Source: an uncultured bacterium (GTDB taxonomy: Bacteria > Fidelibacterota > Marinisomatia > Marinisomatales > UBA1611). From it: DNA of 64,000 nt. Within the stretch, counting starts at the first letter, position 1, and each line of letters starts with the position of its first letter. Where the stretch lies: positions 1 to 64,000 of the forward strand of contig CBFIBM010000003.1 in the NCBI GenBank assembly GCA_965660855.1, in the 5' to 3' direction. Shown one piece after another: positions 29,954 to 39,101 of the stretch. The translations under genes were made by a program, and so were the position numbers. The notes below the pieces were generated by a model. That model ran no database searches, was not told the DNA's origin, and saw only the letters and a program-made list of their open reading frames with translations.

Positions 29954-32365
29954 ATGGCTGAAAAATTATCAGACAAAGAAATAGAAAATTTTAATTTAAA
30001 GGGATCTGATAAATATCCCGTAATGCCATTGAGAAATACTGTCCTATTTCCTCAGCAGGTAATTCCAATCTATATTGGAAGAGAGAGAAGCTTGCAACTT
30101 ATAAATGAACTAGATACAAAGAAAAGATATATTGTGGTTGTGGCACAAGAAGATGGTTCAATTGAAGATCCAAAACCTAAAGATTTATACTCCTATGGAA
30201 CATTAGCTCAAGTTTTAAAAGTATTTGATATGCCAGACAATAGTAAATCTGCAATAGTGCAAGGTATTTCAAGAGTTAAAATTTTAGATTATACTCAAAT
30301 GGAGCCATATTTTACTGCCGCGGTTAAATCAATGAAGGATGAACCAATTGAAGATGAAATTGAGGTTGAAGCTTTAGTAAAAAACTTGAGAATAGCATTT
30401 GAAGACTTAATGAAAGTTGCTCCAAATTTGACTGAAGAACACTCAGGAATGTTAAAGAATATTCAAAAACCAAATCGTCTTACAGATAGAGCTATTTCTG
30501 TTATTACAATTTCTAATCAAGAAAAGCAGGAAATATTGGAAGAATTAAATATCAAAGAAAGAATGGAAAAAGCCTTGAATTTGATCAGCCGTGAGATGCA
30601 ACGTATTAAATTAGGTGAAGAGATTCAAACAGAAGTACATGATGAAATCTCAAAAACTCAGAGAGAATATTACTTACGAGAACAGATGAAAGCTATCAAA
30701 AAAGAATTAGGTGAGGATGAAGGGACTGTTGAAGTAAAAGAGTTAGAAGATAAAATAAAAGCAGCAAAAATGCCTGAAGAATCTGAAAAAGTAGCAATGA
30801 AAGAACTAGATCGATTATCTCGAATCCCTACTCAATCCCCGGAGTATAATGTATCTAGAACTTATATTGAATGGTTAGCAGATCTACCTTGGAGTGATTC
30901 TACAGAAGATAGAATTGATTTAAAAGAAGCGCTGAAAATTTTAGATGAAGATCATTATGGACTTGATAAAGTAAAACAGAGAATAATTGAGTACTTAGCA
31001 GTCAGAAATTTGAAGCAAAAAAAAGACCCAGAAGGAAAAGTTAGAGGAGCAATTTTATGTTTTGGAGGTCCTCCGGGTGTTGGTAAAACATCACTTGGTA
31101 AGTCAATTGCAAGAGCGATGGGACGAAAATTTGTTAGATTATCATTAGGTGGAGTGAGAGATGAAGCCGAGGTGCGTGGACATAGGAGAACGTATATTGG
31201 TGCACTACCGGGTAGGGTAATTCAAAGTATCAAAAAAGCAGGAAAAAACAATCCTGTTTTTATGTTAGATGAAATAGATAAGCTTGGTTCTGATTATAGA
31301 GGTGATCCGTCCTCAGCTTTATTAGAAGTTCTTGATCCAGAACAAAACCACGCTTTTAGTGATCACTATCTTGAAGTTGATTTTGATTTAAGTAACGTGA
31401 TGTTTATTGCAACTGCAAATTATCAAGATGCTATACCACCAGCACTAAGGGACAGAATGGAGATACTTGATTTTTCAGGATATATTGAATATGAAAAAGT
31501 ACAAATTACAAAAAGACATATTCTTCCAAAACAAATCGAAGAAAATGGCTTAGATAAAAATCAAGTTACTTTTGATACTGGTAGTATAAAAGAATTAATT
31601 AGCTCTTACACTAGGGAAGCTGGAGTTCGCAATCTTGAAAGAGAAGTAGCTAATGTTCTGAGAAAAGTTGCAAGAGATTTAGTTGAATTGAAGGCTGAAA
31701 AAATAAAAATTAACAAGAAAAAAGTTGGTGATTATCTTGGAGCTCCACGTTTTTACTCTGATATTGCTGAGCGCGCAACAAAACCTGGAGTTGTTACTGG
31801 CTTAGCTTGGACTGCAGCGGGAGGAGATATTTTATTTGTGGAATCAACTTTAATGATAGGAAAAGGTCAATTAACATTAACTGGGCAGCTAGGAGATGTA
31901 ATGAAAGAATCTGCAACTGCAGCCCTTACATTTGTTAGATCTCATGCTGATGAGTTTGGAATTGATTCAAAATTTAATGAAAAATCAGATATTCATGTTC
32001 ATGTCCCCGCTGGAGCAATTCCAAAAGATGGTCCTTCAGCTGGTGTAAGTATGGTAACCTCTTTAGTATCTCTTTTGACAAAAACTCCGGTAAAAGAAAA
32101 AGTTGCAATGACCGGTGAAATAACATTGAGAGGAAATGTTCTTCCAATTGGCGGTGTGAAAGAAAAAGTTACAGCTGCTCATAGAGCTGGAATTAAAGAG
32201 ATAATATTACCAAATCATAATCGTAAAGATTTAGAAGATGTGCCTGAAAATGTGGCGAAAGACCTAACTTTTCATTTTGCAAAAGAAATCAAAGATGTTT
32301 TGTCAGTTTCTGTCCCAGGATTATTTAAAACAAGAAAAAACTCTAATAAAACTACAAAGAAATAA
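29954..32365 (+). CDS. lon: ATP-dependent Lon protease
   Basis: GPPGVGKTS, RRTYIGALPG, LDEIDK, PKDGPSAG, IGGVKEK. Confidence 0.98.
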   Translation: MAEKLSDKEIENFNLKGSDKYPVMPLRNTVLFPQQVIPIYIGRERSLQLINELDTKKRYIVVVAQEDGSIEDPKPKDLYSYGTLAQVLKVFDMPDNSKSAIVQGISRVKILDYTQMEPYFTAAVKSMKDEPIEDEIEVEALVKNLRIAFEDLMKVAPNLTEEHSGMLKNIQKPNRLTDRAISVITISNQEKQEILEELNIKERMEKALNLISREMQRIKLGEEIQTEVHDEISKTQREYYLREQMKAIKKELGEDEGTVEVKELEDKIKAAKMPEESEKVAMKELDRLSRIPTQSPEYNVSRTYIEWLADLPWSDSTEDRIDLKEALKILDEDHYGLDKVKQRIIEYLAVRNLKQKKDPEGKVRGAILCFGGPPGVGKTSLGKSIARAMGRKFVRLSLGGVRDEAEVRGHRRTYIGALPGRVIQSIKKAGKNNPVFMLDEIDKLGSDYRGDPSSALLEVLDPEQNHAFSDHYLEVDFDLSNVMFIATANYQDAIPPALRDRMEILDFSGYIEYEKVQITKRHILPKQIEENGLDKNQVTFDTGSIKELISSYTREAGVRNLEREVANVLRKVARDLVELKAEKIKINKKKVGDYLGAPRFYSDIAERATKPGVVTGLAWTAAGGDILFVESTLMIGKGQLTLTGQLGDVMKESATAALTFVRSHADEFGIDSKFNEKSDIHVHVPAGAIPKDGPSAGVSMVTSLVSLLTKTPVKEKVAMTGEITLRGNVLPIGGVKEKVTAAHRAGIKEIILPNHNRKDLEDVPENVAKDLTFHFAKEIKDVLSVSVPGLFKTRKNSNKTTKK

Positions 32366-32384
32366 TTAAATTTCAGTCTAATTA

Positions 32385-32458
32385 GGGCGATTAGCTCAGT
32401 TGGTTAGAGCACTGCGTTTACACCGCAGGTGTCGGGAGTTCGAATCTCTCATCGCCCA
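32385..32458 (+). tRNA. tRNA-Val(TAC), CCA not encoded
   Basis: Acceptor GGGCGAT/ATCGCCC; D arm GCTC/GAGC; anticodon arm CTGCG-TTTACAC-CGCAG; T loop TTCGAAT. Confidence 0.97.
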
Positions 32459-32501
32459 CAAATATTTTTAAATAAAGATACTTTAATACTCAGGTATTTT
32501 T

Positions 32502-32531
32502 AAAGCCACTTAATTTTAGGTGGCTTTTTTG
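32502..32531 (+). terminator. Rho-independent terminator after tRNA-Val
   Basis: AAAGCCAC...GTGGCTTT stem running into a T tract. Confidence 0.8.
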
Positions 32532-32568
32532 TTTTTAAAATTTTTTATGATTAAAAAAAAGGATAAAG

Positions 32569-32931
32569 ATGATTGGGAAAATAAATTTTAATGAAAAATA
32601 CTCAAAGTTTTCAGATTACTGGGCTCCTAAAGTTATCTCTGAAATTAACAATTATCAGTTCAAATTAGTAAAAATCAAGGGTGATTTTATATGGCATACT
32701 CATGAAGAAACAGATGAAGCTTTCATAGTTATTCAAGGAGTAATGGAAATTCATTTGAGAACAGAAATTATCAAATTAAACTCAGGCGAGTTGTATGTTG
32801 TAAAAAAAGGTGTAGAGCATAAACCTTTTGCTAAAAAAGAATGTCAGATTATGATTATTGAACCTAAAAATATATCTAATACTGGAAATAAAAATAATGC
32901 AATGACTTCAAAAAATGATATTTGGATTTAA
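32569..32931 (+). CDS. Cupin domain protein
   Basis: W.PK, FIWHTHEETDE.F, GVEHKP. Confidence 0.9.
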   Translation: MIGKINFNEKYSKFSDYWAPKVISEINNYQFKLVKIKGDFIWHTHEETDEAFIVIQGVMEIHLRTEIIKLNSGELYVVKKGVEHKPFAKKECQIMIIEPKNISNTGNKNNAMTSKNDIWI

Positions 32932-32942
32932 AAGAAAAATAA

Positions 32943-33287
32943 ATGGATAAAATAAATTGGAAAAATATAAAATTATTTTCAATTATTATTTTAACAGTTT
33001 CGTGTGCGCCTCGTATTGATTATTTTAGTAATCCAGTTGATCTAAAAAAGGAAATAATATATCTGACGAAGATTCGAGAGGATTCATCGATTAAAGATAA
33101 ATATTACCTCACATTTAGACAGATATATGAGATTAAAGAGCATGAAATTTCGTTAAAAAATAAAACGTTAGAAAGATATCTTATGTTGATAATGAATTAC
33201 TATGGTTATTCAGAAAAAATAATAATCAGTAGGAAAAATAAAAATTTTTTAAAACCATTATTTTATGTAACAGTTCAATTTAAGTGA
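32943..33287 (+). CDS. Hypothetical lipoprotein
   Basis: Lipobox TVSC after a hydrophobic stretch. Confidence 0.6.
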   Translation: MDKINWKNIKLFSIIILTVSCAPRIDYFSNPVDLKKEIIYLTKIREDSSIKDKYYLTFRQIYEIKEHEISLKNKTLERYLMLIMNYYGYSEKIIISRKNKNFLKPLFYVTVQFK

Positions 33288-33333
33288 CCAATATATATTT
33301 TAAAAAACTACTTTTAACTTTTTTGGAGAAAAT

Positions 33334-34107
33334 ATGAAAGAATATTTCAGAGGGTTTTTTACAGCCGTGTGTTTGATGTGTAGTATATTTTTATTTATTG
33401 CCTCTAGTAATAAAAATTTAGGTGATATTGTTGTGAATAGTATAACAATAGTTCCCGGGGAAAAAGGCGGAGGTTTCATTAAGTCTTTTAATAAAGAAGG
33501 TTTAGAAACCACATATTTAGGAACAGCCGAAGATGGTGTAGGCTTATTAGGCCTACACAATAAAGAAGGTAAACAAACAGTTTATTTAGGCTCGGGAAAT
33601 AAAGGGGCTGGTTTATTACAAACTTTTAATCAACAGGGTATTAAAAACATCTATATTGGATCTGGTAGTCAAAATGGAGGATCTATTCAATCATTTAATG
33701 AAGAGGGGAAACAAACCGCATATTTAGGAACAGCTGAAAATGGAGTTGGAGTCTTAGGTGTCCATAATTCTGTTGGGAAAAGAATTTGTTTCTTAGGTAC
33801 AAGTGTATATGGTTCTGGTTTTCTCAATATAAATAATAAAGATGGAGAATTATCATGCTATTTAGGATCCGGTAAGGATAATAGGGGTGGGCATTTACAA
33901 ACTTTTAATCCAAACGGTTATTTAACATCTTATGTTGGATCTTCTAGATCAAATGCAGGATTAGTCAATTTAAATAATGAATTAGGTTTGAAGGTTAGCT
34001 CATTGGGCTCTATTTACGATAATATCAATTATAAGGGGGATGGTGCAATCATGCTTTATGATAAAAATGGACAGTTTGGTTGGTCAAAAGATGGTAAAAC
34101 AAAATGA
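33334..34107 (+). CDS. Exported or membrane-anchored protein with about 8-9 tandem 23-aa Gly-rich repeats
   Basis: SD GGAG; N-terminal hydrophobic segment; repeats G-x-h-x-x-x-N-x-x-G-x-x-x-x-Y-h-G-[ST]. Confidence 0.8.
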   Translation: MKEYFRGFFTAVCLMCSIFLFIASSNKNLGDIVVNSITIVPGEKGGGFIKSFNKEGLETTYLGTAEDGVGLLGLHNKEGKQTVYLGSGNKGAGLLQTFNQQGIKNIYIGSGSQNGGSIQSFNEEGKQTAYLGTAENGVGVLGVHNSVGKRICFLGTSVYGSGFLNINNKDGELSCYLGSGKDNRGGHLQTFNPNGYLTSYVGSSRSNAGLVNLNNELGLKVSSLGSIYDNINYKGDGAIMLYDKNGQFGWSKDGKTK

Positions 34108-34481
34108 AAATTAATTCTATTACAAAAAATATAATTCTATTTATGTATTTATCTTATGCAACTACATTAATGGGCCAAGATAAGCAAAGTCAGGCACATT
34201 TAATAAAATATCAAGAAAATAAAGATTCATGGGTTGGCATTGATAAGATTCAACATATTATATATAGTAACTTTATTTCTTTAGGAACACAGTACGTATT
34301 AGTGAATAAAATGCATTTTAATGAGGATAATGCTCTCCCTATTTCTATTACATCTAGTTTTTTTGCTGGATTTTCAAAAGAAATTATTGATGGGAAATCG
34401 AATAAAAATATTTTTAGCATGAAAGATATGGTTGCAAATAGTATAGGATTATTTATTGCAATATTTATCATTAATACTTAA
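34104..34481 (+). CDS. YfiM/DUF2279-like membrane protein
   Basis: DK..H...KE..D...FS..D..AN..G pattern; ATGA overlap with upstream gene. Confidence 0.65.
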   Translation: MKINSITKNIILFMYLSYATTLMGQDKQSQAHLIKYQENKDSWVGIDKIQHIIYSNFISLGTQYVLVNKMHFNEDNALPISITSSFFAGFSKEIIDGKSNKNIFSMKDMVANSIGLFIAIFIINT

Positions 34482-34576
34482 ATCATTATAGATTTTTAAA
34501 AAATTTAATTAACTCTTAATATTTAATCATAATTAATAAAATTTTTTTACCATTACAATAAATTGATAAAATTATC

Positions 34577-35398
34577 ATGCTAAATGAGTTATTTGTAAAT
34601 ATTATTGCTTCTGTTATTTTACTTGTATTTGGTTTTTTTTATGGAAAATATAGAGAGAAAAAATTATATGAAGGGAATAATCTTGAAGATTATGATTTTT
34701 ATCCTTTTAAACTTAATGATGAAAATAATTTAATATTTGACATTGACATTTTTTTTATGGGTGTAAAACATTTGATAAAAAATTTTGATAAGGTTGCGGG
34801 ACATCAATTAATACTCATAGGTCAGCAAAATAATATTAGTGACAAAGTAACAAGAAAAAGGAGAAGACAATATAAAAAATTATATAGAAAATATGACGGG
34901 AAAAAGCTTGTTAACGATACTGATAGGTTTTTAAAAAATTATAAAAGAATAGTTCGGTTAATTGGTGATACCTTTCCAGATTCAGGTATAGAGATTTTAC
35001 TTCATAATTTAACAAATCCTTCTAAAGCGCTTTATCATATTAAAAATAATATCACAGGTCGGAACATCGAAGCTCCTGCGACCAATCTAGTTCATGATTT
35101 AAAAATGCGTGGATTACAAAATAAAGATAAACTTAATTACGAACTAAACATCGGTTCTCGAAAGTTTAAATGTACTACTATTCCAATTTATCGCGAAAAT
35201 TATGGATTAATTGGGGCAATCTGTATAAACGTAGATTACAATTATATAAATGATGAAGTTCGTTCAAGTAATGAGAAATTAGATAGTTTTATTAATTCAA
35301 TTCTGAAAACAGAGATGGTTTTAGATGAAAATATTTTAAGTAAAAATGAGTATGATAAAGCTATTGAGGGTAAAAAACACTTTCGAGATTTTGTATAA
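34577..35398 (+). CDS. Membrane-anchored YheO-like PAS domain protein
   Basis: N-terminal TM; EILLHNL, ITGRNIEAPATN, KCTTIPI, IGAICINVD. Confidence 0.75.
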   Translation: MLNELFVNIIASVILLVFGFFYGKYREKKLYEGNNLEDYDFYPFKLNDENNLIFDIDIFFMGVKHLIKNFDKVAGHQLILIGQQNNISDKVTRKRRRQYKKLYRKYDGKKLVNDTDRFLKNYKRIVRLIGDTFPDSGIEILLHNLTNPSKALYHIKNNITGRNIEAPATNLVHDLKMRGLQNKDKLNYELNIGSRKFKCTTIPIYRENYGLIGAICINVDYNYINDEVRSSNEKLDSFINSILKTEMVLDENILSKNEYDKAIEGKKHFRDFV

Positions 35399-35401
35399 TC
35401 T

Positions 35402-36382
35402 ATGAAATCTAAATTAGACATTTTAAAAGCTTCAGAAAGAATTTCTAAATATGTTAGAAAAACATATTTTTCTTATTCATTCTCTTTTTCCAAAAATATA
35501 AAATCTGAAGTTTGGTTTAAATCTGAAAATTTACAATATACTGGATCTTTTAAAGTTAGAGGTGCATTTAATAAAATATTAAAATTATCACTTTCTGATA
35601 GGGAAAATGGAATATTAGCAGCCTCTACAGGAAACCATGGTGCTGCAATTGCTTATGCAGCTAAAGTATTAAATACTTCATGTACGATTTTTGTTCCTGA
35701 AAATACTGATTCTTCAAAATTAAATAATATAAAAAAATATGGAGCAAAAATAGAAATCTATGGAAATGATTGTATTCTTGCTGAAAGAAAAGCAAGAGAA
35801 GTTTCATATAAAAATAATCAGGTTTATATTTCTCCATATAATGATTTGGATGTAATTGAAGGGCAGGGGACGATTGCTGTTGAAATCATAGACCAAATTG
35901 ATAAACCACTAGATACAGTAATTATTTCTGTTGGCGGTGGTGGTTTGATCAGTGGTATTGCTATTTATTTAAAGTCAATTTGGCCAGAAATTCACATTAT
36001 TGGATGTTCACCAAAAAACTCTGCGGTTATGTTAAAGTCTATTGAAGCAAAAAAAATTCTTGATTTAGAATCCTTAGAAACAATTTCTGACGGAACTGCC
36101 GGAGGAGTTGAAGAAGACTCTATCACATTTCCATTATGTAAAGAATATATTGACGAGTCAGTTTATGTAACAGAGGAAGAAATAAAATCTGGATTAATTC
36201 AATATATGGAAGCTGAGCATCAAATGATTGAAGGAGCAGCAGGCGCTGCGATTGCAACATTAATTAAAAAGAGGTCTTTTTTAAAGAATAAGACTGTTGG
36301 CGTCATTCTTTGTGGAGGGAATATCAATTCAAAGGTACTAGGAGGATTGATAAGGAATGAAAAAAATAATTTTTCCACTTGA
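35402..36382 (+). CDS. PLP-dependent serine/threonine dehydratase or racemase family, no ACT domain
   Basis: ENLQYTGSFKVRGA, ASTGNHG, GQGT, VGGGGLISG, CGGN. Confidence 0.9.
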   Translation: MKSKLDILKASERISKYVRKTYFSYSFSFSKNIKSEVWFKSENLQYTGSFKVRGAFNKILKLSLSDRENGILAASTGNHGAAIAYAAKVLNTSCTIFVPENTDSSKLNNIKKYGAKIEIYGNDCILAERKAREVSYKNNQVYISPYNDLDVIEGQGTIAVEIIDQIDKPLDTVIISVGGGGLISGIAIYLKSIWPEIHIIGCSPKNSAVMLKSIEAKKILDLESLETISDGTAGGVEEDSITFPLCKEYIDESVYVTEEEIKSGLIQYMEAEHQMIEGAAGAAIATLIKKRSFLKNKTVGVILCGGNINSKVLGGLIRNEKNNFST

Positions 36383-36446
36383 AAATAGATATATTCAATA
36401 TGTCCATAGTGAGGTTATCTTAAATGTTTAAATACAGAAATAGTTT

Positions 36447-36866
36447 GTGATTAAAAATAGATTTCATCTTGCTTTCCCAGTCCATGATTTAAAAATTTCT
36501 AAGGAGTTTTATACTACGGTTTTATCTTGTGAATTAGGACGAGAGTCAGAAAATTGGGTTGATTTCAATTTTTATGGTCATCAAATTGTTGCGCATCTTG
36601 CACCAGAAGATTGTAAAAGTTATAAAGTAAATGTTGTAGATGAAGATAAAATTCCTTCATTCCACTTTGGTTTAATTCTAGAATGGAGTATATGGGAAAC
36701 ACTATATAAAAAGCTTCAATCTATGAAAATAAAGTTTTTTATAAATCCTAAAATAAGGTTTGTGAATCAAAATGGCGAACAAGGAACTTTTTTTATTAAA
36801 GATCCAAGTGGAAATGTTTTAGAGTTCAAAAGTTTTAAGGACTTTGATTATATTTTTACAAAATAA
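36447..36866 (+). CDS. VOC/glyoxalase family protein
   Basis: FHLAFPV, WVDFNFYGHQIVAH, HFG, DPSGNVLEFK. Confidence 0.9.
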   Translation: MIKNRFHLAFPVHDLKISKEFYTTVLSCELGRESENWVDFNFYGHQIVAHLAPEDCKSYKVNVVDEDKIPSFHFGLILEWSIWETLYKKLQSMKIKFFINPKIRFVNQNGEQGTFFIKDPSGNVLEFKSFKDFDYIFTK

Positions 36867-36876
36867 GAAATAAAAA

Positions 36877-38214
36877 ATGTTTAAAATCAATTTTTTACCA
36901 GATAAAAAAGTTTTTGAAGTAGAAAGAGAGGAAACTATCCTCCAAACTGCCATAAGAAATAAAATACCATATGTTAATGCATGTGGAGGTGAAGGAAAAT
37001 GTACTACTTGCCGGTTGATAGTTTTAGAAGGTATTGAAAACTGTTCAGAACAAACAGAGCAAGAAAAAGAATTAAAAGAAAAAGTTCACACTTCAGATGA
37101 ATTTAGATTAGCCTGTCAAACTAAAGTTAATGGGGATATTACGGTTAGAAGGTTAGTCTTGAATAAAGAAGATATTGAATCCGTATCTGAGAGAGGCATT
37201 TCTGGTAGATTAGGTGAAACAAAAAAAATTGCAATATTATTTAGCGATATTAGAGGTTTTACCCCATTTTCAGAAAAATTAACACCCTATGATGTAGTAT
37301 TTATTTTAAATAGGTACTTTACAAGAATGGTTAAATCTGTTGAAGAGAATCAAGGATCCGTAGATAATTATATTGGTGATGGGATGGTTGCTATTTTTGG
37401 ATTACATGGTGAAAAAGAGGCAGCAAAAAAAGCTGTCAAGGCTGCCTTGAGTATGTGTGATGAGATGGATGATATGAAACCATATTTAAAAACGATGTAT
37501 GGACAAGATTTTGATATTGGTATTGGTATTCATTGGGGAGAAGCAGTAGTTGGTGATATTGGAGCAGGGAAATCAAAAAGATTAACTGCTATTGGTGATT
37601 CTATGAATTTTGCGAGTAGAGTAGAGTCTGCTAATAAACAATTTGAATCACGTTTGTTGATTTCAGAAGAAGTTCATGAAGAAATAAAAGATGTACTTAT
37701 TGTAAAAGATTTTATGCGTACAAATTTACCTGGTATCGATGGTCGCGTAACTTTATATGAAGTTGAAGATATAAATTTTTCATCTGAAGAGAAATTAGAA
37801 AATCAAATTATTGAAGAAAATATTACCTGGAACAAAGGACCTGAATTACAGACATTTGATGAATTACCTCAACAAGTTGTTAAAATAAAAAGAGAAGATA
37901 TTTTAATTGTTAAAATTGAACAAAAATTTTACGCTTTAAATGATAAATGTCCTCATGCCTACCTTAGTTTACTTGGTAGTGATATTGATATTAAAAATGA
38001 GACCATAGCATGTAGGTGGCATAAGAGTGAATTCTGTTATAAAACAGGAGAGGTGAGGGAGTGGATGAAAATGAGTAATTTCCAGAAAATACTTGGGAAA
38101 ATAGGTTTAAATGCGGAGGCGAAAGAAGTATCACAAATGGAGCAATTGCCTATTGATGTTTATTCAATAAAGGAACAAGGTGGTTATATTTGGATTGGAT
38201 TTAAAAATGAATAA
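36877..38214 (+). CDS. [2Fe-2S] ferredoxin - class III nucleotidyl cyclase - Rieske fusion
   Basis: CGGEGKCTTC...RLAC; FSDIRGFT, YIGDG, GIGIHWG, TAIGDSMNFASRVE; CPH...CRWH. Confidence 0.9.
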   Translation: MFKINFLPDKKVFEVEREETILQTAIRNKIPYVNACGGEGKCTTCRLIVLEGIENCSEQTEQEKELKEKVHTSDEFRLACQTKVNGDITVRRLVLNKEDIESVSERGISGRLGETKKIAILFSDIRGFTPFSEKLTPYDVVFILNRYFTRMVKSVEENQGSVDNYIGDGMVAIFGLHGEKEAAKKAVKAALSMCDEMDDMKPYLKTMYGQDFDIGIGIHWGEAVVGDIGAGKSKRLTAIGDSMNFASRVESANKQFESRLLISEEVHEEIKDVLIVKDFMRTNLPGIDGRVTLYEVEDINFSSEEKLENQIIEENITWNKGPELQTFDELPQQVVKIKREDILIVKIEQKFYALNDKCPHAYLSLLGSDIDIKNETIACRWHKSEFCYKTGEVREWMKMSNFQKILGKIGLNAEAKEVSQMEQLPIDVYSIKEQGGYIWIGFKNE

Positions 38215-38229
38215 ATTAGAATTTTAAAA

Positions 38230-38634
38230 ATGGAGAAAAATATGGAATGGACAAAGCTTACAAATATTAAAAGCTTTGATAAAGAATCTCAGCAATTAAT
38301 AAAAGTAAAAAGAGATGAAATCTTAGTCATAAAAGATAATAATGGCTTTCATGCAATAAATAATAGATGTCCTCATATGGGTCTTAGTTTGAATACAACT
38401 AAGTGTAATTTAAAAGATAAAACTGTAAATTGTAAATTCCATTCAAGCTCATTCTCTTATCAAACAGGTGAAGTTAATAGTTGGCTTAATGTCAAGGGAA
38501 TAGAAAAATTCATGATATGGCTTTTTTCGAAATTTGACAATGATGCCAAAGAAATGATGGCAATGAAACCAACTCCGGTTGAGGTGTTCCAGACTAAAGT
38601 TGAAGATGGTTTTGTCTGGGTTGGAATTAATTGA
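38230..38634 (+). CDS. Rieske [2Fe-2S] protein
   Basis: CPHMG...CKFH; C-terminal VEDGFVWV. Confidence 0.9.
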   Translation: MEKNMEWTKLTNIKSFDKESQQLIKVKRDEILVIKDNNGFHAINNRCPHMGLSLNTTKCNLKDKTVNCKFHSSSFSYQTGEVNSWLNVKGIEKFMIWLFSKFDNDAKEMMAMKPTPVEVFQTKVEDGFVWVGIN

Positions 38635-38666
38635 TTTTAATTAAAAAAATAAGGTGATCTTTTAAT

Positions 38667-39101
38667 ATGAAGGATAAAAAAGAGTTTCTAGAAGGTGATA
38701 TTCTTTGGACTAATGTAGCAAAAATATCAAGTTTTACTAAAAAAAACCAACAAGTATTTAATGTAAATAGGAATGAAATATTAGTCATAAAAACAAATGA
38801 TAATTTTAAGGCGATACAAAATAGATGCCCGCATGCTGGCTTATCGATGAAAGGTAGTAAGTTTAATACTAAAACAGAGATAATAACCTGTAAATGGCAT
38901 AAAACATTATTTTGTAGTAAAACAGGTGATGTAAAAAAATGGGTTGATGTAAGTACCTTCGAGAAAAAAATTGCTCATTTTCTCGCTAGATTTAGTAAAA
39001 AAATGAAACAAATGGTGGAAATGAATCCGACTCCAATAGAGATTTTTATTGTTAAAGAAATTAAAGAAGATATATGGGTAGGTATAGAGGTCGGAAATTA
39101 G
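38667..39101 (+). CDS. Rieske [2Fe-2S] protein
   Basis: CPHAG...CKWH; SD AAGGTGA. Confidence 0.9.
   Translation: MKDKKEFLEGDILWTNVAKISSFTKKNQQVFNVNRNEILVIKTNDNFKAIQNRCPHAGLSMKGSKFNTKTEIITCKWHKTLFCSKTGDVKKWVDVSTFEKKIAHFLARFSKKMKQMVEMNPTPIEIFIVKEIKEDIWVGIEVGN

Noticed and set aside
33470..34100. CRISPR-like or DGR-like DNA repeats
   Set aside because: Repeats are degenerate, in frame and protein-coding; no cas or reverse transcriptase gene is present
36877..38214. Pycsar/CBASS anti-phage cyclase
   Set aside because: No cNMP-binding TIR or TM effector nearby; the neighbours are Fe-S proteins
38230..39101. Rieske ring-hydroxylating dioxygenase or cytochrome bc1 operon
   Set aside because: No catalytic alpha subunit, reductase, cytochrome b or Tat-anchored Rieske
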